From an uncultured Roseivirgaceae bacterium (GTDB lineage Bacteria; Bacteroidota; Bacteroidia; Cytophagales; Cyclobacteriaceae): a stretch of 49,044 bases of DNA. The notes under the pieces are model-generated. The model searched no databases. It was not told where the DNA came from and saw nothing but the letters and a program-made list of their open reading frames with translations. Within the stretch, counting starts at the first letter, position 1. Every line of letters starts with the position of its first letter. The position numbers and the translations under genes are program-made. Below are positions 46,482 to 49,044 of this stretch, one piece after another. The stretch lies in contig CAYGNU010000001.1 of assembly GCA_964351175.1 (NCBI GenBank), positions 1-49,044 of the forward strand, given 5' to 3'.

Positions 46482-46503
46482 AATGATTTTAAGGCTAAAG
46501 AAA

Positions 46504-47361
46504 TTATTTCCAAATGTAATCTCTTCCGTTAATTTCTTTGAATTTGGCCTTCATACTTGAAATAGTTGGGTAACTAACATCGCATCCAACAATTTCAGCG
46601 ATTTCCTTTGGCTTCATGCCTTGTGACATAAAATGCAAAACTCTTTCTTTTTTGGAAACTGTTTTCCCTTCTTTGCTGATTTTTTTCAAATCAACCGGCT
46701 CTCCACATTTGTAATCAAAACCCTCAGGAGTCAAAGCTGTTGTATTCATATCCTCAGAACAAACACCAATCAAGACCAAACCCAAATCGCTCAAGGCGTT
46801 CAAAGCTGCTTTAATTTGTGGTTGTGTTTTACCAACAAAATCAGATATTTCAGTGGTTGTTCTGCAATCAGGAGTTTCTCCTTTTACCGTGTTCTTTTGA
46901 AGGAAATCAAGAATCGCCTCACCTAATACAGTCGCTTTGACTTGTGGTGTTTCAACGGCCTTTTCTTCTTTTGCTTCTTCGGGGATAATTTCTGCCGATG
47001 GCTCCTCTTTTTTTGGTGCTTCTTCAGTCATTTCTTTTTCAGCGATAATTTCTGATTTTTTTACTGTGTGGATTACTTTTTTCTTTCCACCCGACTCAAC
47101 CTTTACAGAATCCCCGTCTTCCTCGATTACTGTTCCTGTGATTTTTGAACCTGCGAACATGAAACTGACTGTTTCACTTTTATCATCGCTTAAAGGCTTA
47201 ACGGCTGTTATCAGATACCAAAGAGGTTTTCCTCCTTCTTCGTTTTGAACCTGAACTTTTGTTTCAGAGCCTTTATCAGCTCCTACTCTTGTGACAGTAC
47301 CGTCAAAACTTAATCCCGCGAATTTTACGTGTACTTTACTTCCTGCTTCTAAATTTGTCAT
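46504..47361 (-). CDS. Multidomain protein: two SH3/KOW-like repeats, wHTH-like and C-terminal HTH
   Basis: V.F.FAG....GTV repeated; TTTEISDFVGKTQPQIKAALNALSDLGLV; GMKPKEIAEIVG. Confidence 0.6.
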   Translation of the reverse strand: MTNLEAGSKVHVKFAGLSFDGTVTRVGADKGSETKVQVQNEEGGKPLWYLITAVKPLSDDKSETVSFMFAGSKITGTVIEEDGDSVKVESGGKKKVIHTVKKSEIIAEKEMTEEAPKKEEPSAEIIPEEAKEEKAVETPQVKATVLGEAILDFLQKNTVKGETPDCRTTTEISDFVGKTQPQIKAALNALSDLGLVLIGVCSEDMNTTALTPEGFDYKCGEPVDLKKISKEGKTVSKKERVLHFMSQGMKPKEIAEIVGCDVSYPTISSMKAKFKEINGRDYIWK

Positions 47362-47371
47362 GATTTAATTA

Positions 47372-47394
47372 TTTTGTTTCGTTCAGTAAAAGTA
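47372..47394 (-). promoter_or_regulatory. 23-bp promoter/leader repeat, copy 2
   Basis: Identical to 46357-46379. Confidence 0.65.
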
Positions 47395-47437
47395 TAAACT
47401 CTAATTGAATAAAACAAAACAATTAAAAAATATATTA

Positions 47438-48187
47438 TTAATTTCTGTAATTAATTTCGCTAAAATTAGGGTCGTAGAATTCGATTGTCCCTTTCTGAAC
47501 GCTGTTTCTTTGGTTTGTCTCTATTTTCCAAGCTGTTTTCACCGTCAATGACTGTCCATTAATAATAATATCGTCATGGCCTGATAAAGCCAACATCATG
47601 TCGTTTATTTCATCGTCAAAATAATATCCCTCTAGAGTTATTGTTTTGGCTGCTTCAAACTTTTGATTTCTTATAACTCCAGATGATTGCTCTTTTGTGT
47701 TCTTTATAGAAACTTCAGGTTGTTGTTCTATAAGATTCATTTCTAGAAATAAAGTGTTGTAATTGTTAACGACTGAGTAATTGAAATTAAATATGTTGGT
47801 GCTATTCCTGAATGACAACATCACAAAGTTTTCAATTTCATCTGATGTTATTACCCTGATGCAATTAGATACATATTTTACCTCTAGAGTGTCGCTGTTG
47901 TAAATAGCGAAGTAATACTCACCGGCTGCAAGGCTTTCAGATATGGTAAAAGCACAATAATATCTATAATCAGTTCCGCTGATAATGTCTTTAGTCAGAA
48001 CTCCAATAGATGCATCAACTTCGGTTCCTCCTTTGAAAACAGAAATTACCCAATCATCAAAATCAGCATCACTAAGAAGTTCATCCAGATTTGCATAAAA
48101 GAAATGCTCGTATCCCCTGAGGTAACAAATACGAGTTTCCTTATCGTTCTTTCTGTAATTGTTTGGTATCTTATAAATAAAAGCCAT
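47438..48187 (-). CDS. Putative tail structural protein
   Basis: Last gene of the tail operon, 249 aa, beta-rich. Confidence 0.5.
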   Translation of the reverse strand: MAFIYKIPNNYRKNDKETRICYLRGYEHFFYANLDELLSDADFDDWVISVFKGGTEVDASIGVLTKDIISGTDYRYYCAFTISESLAAGEYYFAIYNSDTLEVKYVSNCIRVITSDEIENFVMLSFRNSTNIFNFNYSVVNNYNTLFLEMNLIEQQPEVSIKNTKEQSSGVIRNQKFEAAKTITLEGYYFDDEINDMMLALSGHDDIIINGQSLTVKTAWKIETNQRNSVQKGTIEFYDPNFSEINYRN

Positions 48188-48720
48188 TAGTAAATATTAT
48201 TAAAACCTCCGTTTGAATCAATTATTGGAATATTAGCTGCTTGAAGTTGAAACATATTTGCCCCCTGATTAATCAAGCCAACAAAGTAATCAAACTCCCC
48301 AACACCTCCAACGAGCTTCCCATTTGTCGCCAATGAAGAGTAGAATCCATCATCGTAAACATCAGTCACATGATTTCCATTAACATCAAAGTGACGGACT
48401 ACTATATTAAGTCTGAACTGTTTCTTTATCTGGTCTATCGACATTCCATAAACAAAGACTTTTCTCTTAATTGTTGGATCGCTTGGAAAGTCTGAAATAT
48501 CAATTTCAGGAGTTATGTCGCTTGGAACTATCCTGTCGATAAAGTCATTCTTCCAAAAGTAAGAAACATCCACTCCCCAAGAACTGAGCCTGTTAAAGCT
48601 GTTTTCTAAAGTGTCAATTATCCACCTGTAATTAGTGAATTTTGTGACTGTTTCCGTTGCTTGTTCGTTCTGAACACAATCAATGATTTTATTCAGATTA
48701 TAAATCACTCGATATTCCAT
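48187..48720 (-). CDS. Hypothetical tail-fibre-associated protein
   Basis: 177 aa directly after the DUF285 gene. Confidence 0.5.
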   Translation of the reverse strand: MEYRVIYNLNKIIDCVQNEQATETVTKFTNYRWIIDTLENSFNRLSSWGVDVSYFWKNDFIDRIVPSDITPEIDISDFPSDPTIKRKVFVYGMSIDQIKKQFRLNIVVRHFDVNGNHVTDVYDDGFYSSLATNGKLVGGVGEFDYFVGLINQGANMFQLQAANIPIIDSNGGFNNIY

Positions 48721-48732
48721 TTTATTTATAGT

Positions 48733-48989
48733 TTAAATTCCACCTCCATCAGTAATAGGCCAACCATCAGTAATTAAAGATGATCTTGCTGCTCCTGCTG
48801 TTGCAATAGTATAATTTCCGCTTCCACCGTGAAAAGGAACACTTGAATTATGAATATTAGCTTCCCATCCGTTATATATTGAGTCAAGATTTGCTGCGTT
48901 CAATGTTATACCTGAAAACATATTTGTTGCGTTTGTTAGGTTTTGAATGTCCCAACTTCCTAAATCCTGCTCAAAGGCGTGAGCATTCC
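48733..48989 (-). CDS. 3' part of the FN3/DUF285 (BspA-like) protein that begins at 1408
   Basis: AFEQDLGSWDIQNLTN...AARSSLITDGWPITDGG, typical DUF285 cap. Confidence 0.85.
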
Positions 48990-49044
48990 TAAACATTGAA
49001 CTCATATTGGTTACTGAGCTAACATCCCATCCGCTGATGTTTTG
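48990..49044. repeat. 55-bp terminal direct repeat (copy 2)
   Basis: Identical to 1-55. Confidence 0.95.

Noticed and set aside
2230-47248. Plus-strand ORFs in the track, other than 11979 and 12235
   Set aside because: They are antisense shadows of longer minus-strand genes, with Ser/Leu/Phe-rich composition and no motifs.
1428-48720. Stop-codon reassignment or introns/inteins
   Set aside because: Core genes (terL, portal, capsid, tape measure, helicase) are intact and of normal length under the standard code.
48990-49044. Biological terminal repeat of the virion DNA
   Set aside because: 55 bp matches a common assembler k-mer length and falls mid-gene.

Overview
The window looks like a complete, circularly assembled ~49.0 kb tailed-phage (siphovirus) genome: bases 1-55 equal 48990-49044, and one gene reads in frame across the join. 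The host is probably in Bacteroidota, based on TAnnTTTR-type promoters and capsid/major-tail proteins that resemble, from memory, those of Bacteroides phages B40-8/B124-14. Almost all genes are on the minus strand. They cover packaging (terS, terL), head (portal, scaffold, capsid), tail (major tail protein, frameshifted chaperone pair, tape measure, FN3+DUF285/BspA protein), lysis (amidase, holin/spanin candidates) and replication/recombination (iteron-containing initiator, SSB, SF2 helicase, exonucleases, RNase H, methyltransferase, DUF932). There is also a TopoVI-A-like TOPRIM protein and a GHKL ATPase. I see no integrase, reverse transcriptase, CRISPR array or tRNA. The standout feature is at ~24115-26530: seven complete (one with a mutated core) and one partial integron attC-like hairpins delimiting small cassettes. 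Each right core (GTT...) is complementary to the next site's left core (...AAC), as expected for cassettes assembled by site-specific recombination. No IntI is encoded, the cargo genes run antisense to the canonical cassette orientation, and several are threaded through or nested in the hairpins. All calls come from reading the sequence only; no searches were run.
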